DNA of 64,000 nucleotides from a virus: IMG/VR virus record IMGVR_UViG_3300045988_087149, positions 1 to 64,000 of that record; one strand, 5' to 3'. Shown piece by piece: positions 63,439 to 64,000 of this stretch (position 1 is its first letter; each line of letters starts with the position of its first letter). The notes under the pieces were generated by a model. It saw only the letters and a program-made list of their open reading frames with translations, ran no database searches and was not told where the DNA came from. The position numbers and the translations under genes were made by a program.

Positions 63439-63630
63439 TTACACCTCCTCAACAACGCCCTTGTAACCATAACTGGTTTCAAATGAAGCCCAAGACTTGC
63501 AATTGCTTCTCGTGTACCAATGCGGCGTATAAACAAAATCTTCATCAGCATCAACGAGCTTACGAAGTGCGTCTCTGAGACAAGTCGCCTTAACAGTGTA
63601 CCACAAACCACGAATTTTGAAGTTTCTCAT
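63439..63630 (-). CDS. hypothetical early protein
   Basis: Start moved to the ATG at 63630 (MRNFKIRG...) with an AAGGAG SD. The track start at 63672 lies upstream of the predicted TSS. Confidence 0.4.
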   Translation of the reverse strand: MRNFKIRGLWYTVKATCLRDALRKLVDADEDFVYTPHWYTRSNCKSWASFETSYGYKGVVEEV

Positions 63631-63659
63631 AATATTCAGCTCCTTCATTTGATGATTTA

Positions 63660-63688
63660 AGTATAGCACCATAGCGGCGATTTGTCAA
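63660..63688 (-). promoter_or_regulatory. consensus sigma-70-type promoter
   Basis: - strand TTGACA (63688-63683), 17 nt, TGc-TATACT (63665-63660). Confidence 0.75.
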
Positions 63689-63696
63689 GAGTTATT

Positions 63697-63736
63697 TTTA
63701 GAAAAATCCCTATAATCTTTCGACCATAGGGATTTT
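63697..63736 (-). terminator. rho-independent terminator after the HU gene
   Basis: - strand AAATCCCTAT / ATAGGGATTT stem followed by a T run. Confidence 0.65.
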
Positions 63737-63750
63737 AACAGGAGGATTAT

Positions 63751-64000
63751 TTACTCATTGATTTCTGCCTTTAGTGTGCTTGTCGGCTTAAACGTCAGAG
63801 CATACTTAGCAGGAACTTCAATGGTTTCACCGGTCTGTGGATTACGAGCCGTTCTTGCATCACGCATCTTGGTTGTGAACTTGCCAAAGCCATGAATCAC
63901 CACATCTTCATGCTGAACTAGGCTATGTCTGATATAGTCAATGAACGTATCTACGATCTCAGTTGTATCCTTGACCGTATTTTCTGTGCTGTCTGCAACA
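63751..64000 (-). CDS. HU/IHF-family DNA-binding protein (C-terminal ~83 aa; the N-terminus lies off-window)
   Basis: Not in the ORF track because no start lies in the window. Reverse translation gives ...VVIHGFGKFTTKMRDARTARNPQTGETIEVPAKYALTFKPTSTLKAEINE, the HU arm signature (GFG.F......R.GRNP.TGE.I.IP). Confidence 0.8.
   Translation of the reverse strand, partial: VADSTENTVKDTTEIVDTFIDYIRHSLVQHEDVVIHGFGKFTTKMRDARTARNPQTGETIEVPAKYALTFKPTSTLKAEINE

Noticed and set aside
62681-63466. 261-aa ORF on the + strand
   Set aside because: It lies exactly antisense to the tyrosine recombinase gene, which has clear catalytic motifs. The antisense product is low-complexity with no SD, so it is a shadow ORF. 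The same reasoning applies to the other antisense track ORFs, for example 27-338, 4855-5223, 7529-7822, 35956-36273 and 41551-41856.
1-64000. Alternative genetic code or stop-codon reassignment, prompted by the in-frame TAA in the C5 MTase gene
   Set aside because: TAA, TAG and TGA all terminate well-supported genes here. Very long ORFs (1680, 1080 and 873 aa) are intact under the standard code. Only one gene shows an internal stop.
1-64000. tRNA genes, CRISPR arrays, a reverse transcriptase/DGR, or a shufflon acting on the duplicated fibre genes
   Set aside because: No cloverleaf-like GTTCGAATC-type T-arm sequences were seen outside the intron R boxes. No regularly spaced direct repeats were seen. 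There is no RT-like ORF, and no inverted repeats flank the fibre paralogues, which are all in the same orientation.

Overview
The window is a contiguous piece of a tailed dsDNA phage genome. It looks siphovirus-like, with AGGAGG-type ribosome-binding sites and near-consensus sigma-70/sigma-A promoters that suggest a Bacillota host (inference). Two convergent arms meet at a bidirectional terminator near 29.5 kb. The + strand (64-29465) is the late/virion arm. It carries head-tail joining genes, a major tail protein, a RuvC-like resolvase, a tape measure of about 1800 aa, baseplate/tail-tip proteins, two glycine-rich fibre paralogues, a holin plus NlpC/P60-type endolysin, a second fibre-like module after the lysis cassette, and a free-standing HNH-AP2 endonuclease. 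The - strand (64000 down to 29527) is the early/replication arm. It carries HU, a Xer-like tyrosine recombinase, an MBL/beta-CASP nuclease, DnaE-type Pol III alpha, a Sak4-like ATPase, a DUF669-type SSB-like protein, a second HNH, C5 and N6 DNA methyltransferases, DnaB, DnaG, a RecJ-like DHH protein, a PAPS-reductase-family protein, a radical SAM protein, a RecD-like helicase, NrdD, a ThyX-like protein and dUTPase, plus many small unknowns. No tRNA, rRNA or CRISPR array was seen. The most unusual content is as follows. (1) Three related group I (IA2-like) introns sit in three tail genes. Two carry a paralogous non-classical homing endonuclease (Zn-ribbon + KYG repeats + DUF559/Vsr-like nuclease). 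The one in the tape measure gene instead carries its own consensus promoter and two tiny membrane-protein genes. (2) A conserved promoter plus structured leader RNA precedes two unrelated HNH endonuclease genes on opposite strands; both a hairpin and a loop-to-SD pairing are kept by compensatory changes. (3) The early arm holds an array of ten essentially perfect TTGACA-17-TATAAT promoters, several embedded in coding sequence or in a terminator loop. (4) A C5 methyltransferase gene is broken by a single in-frame TAA. All functional calls come from motifs recognised by eye; no homology search, folding or covariance-model run was possible. Intron junctions are predictions.
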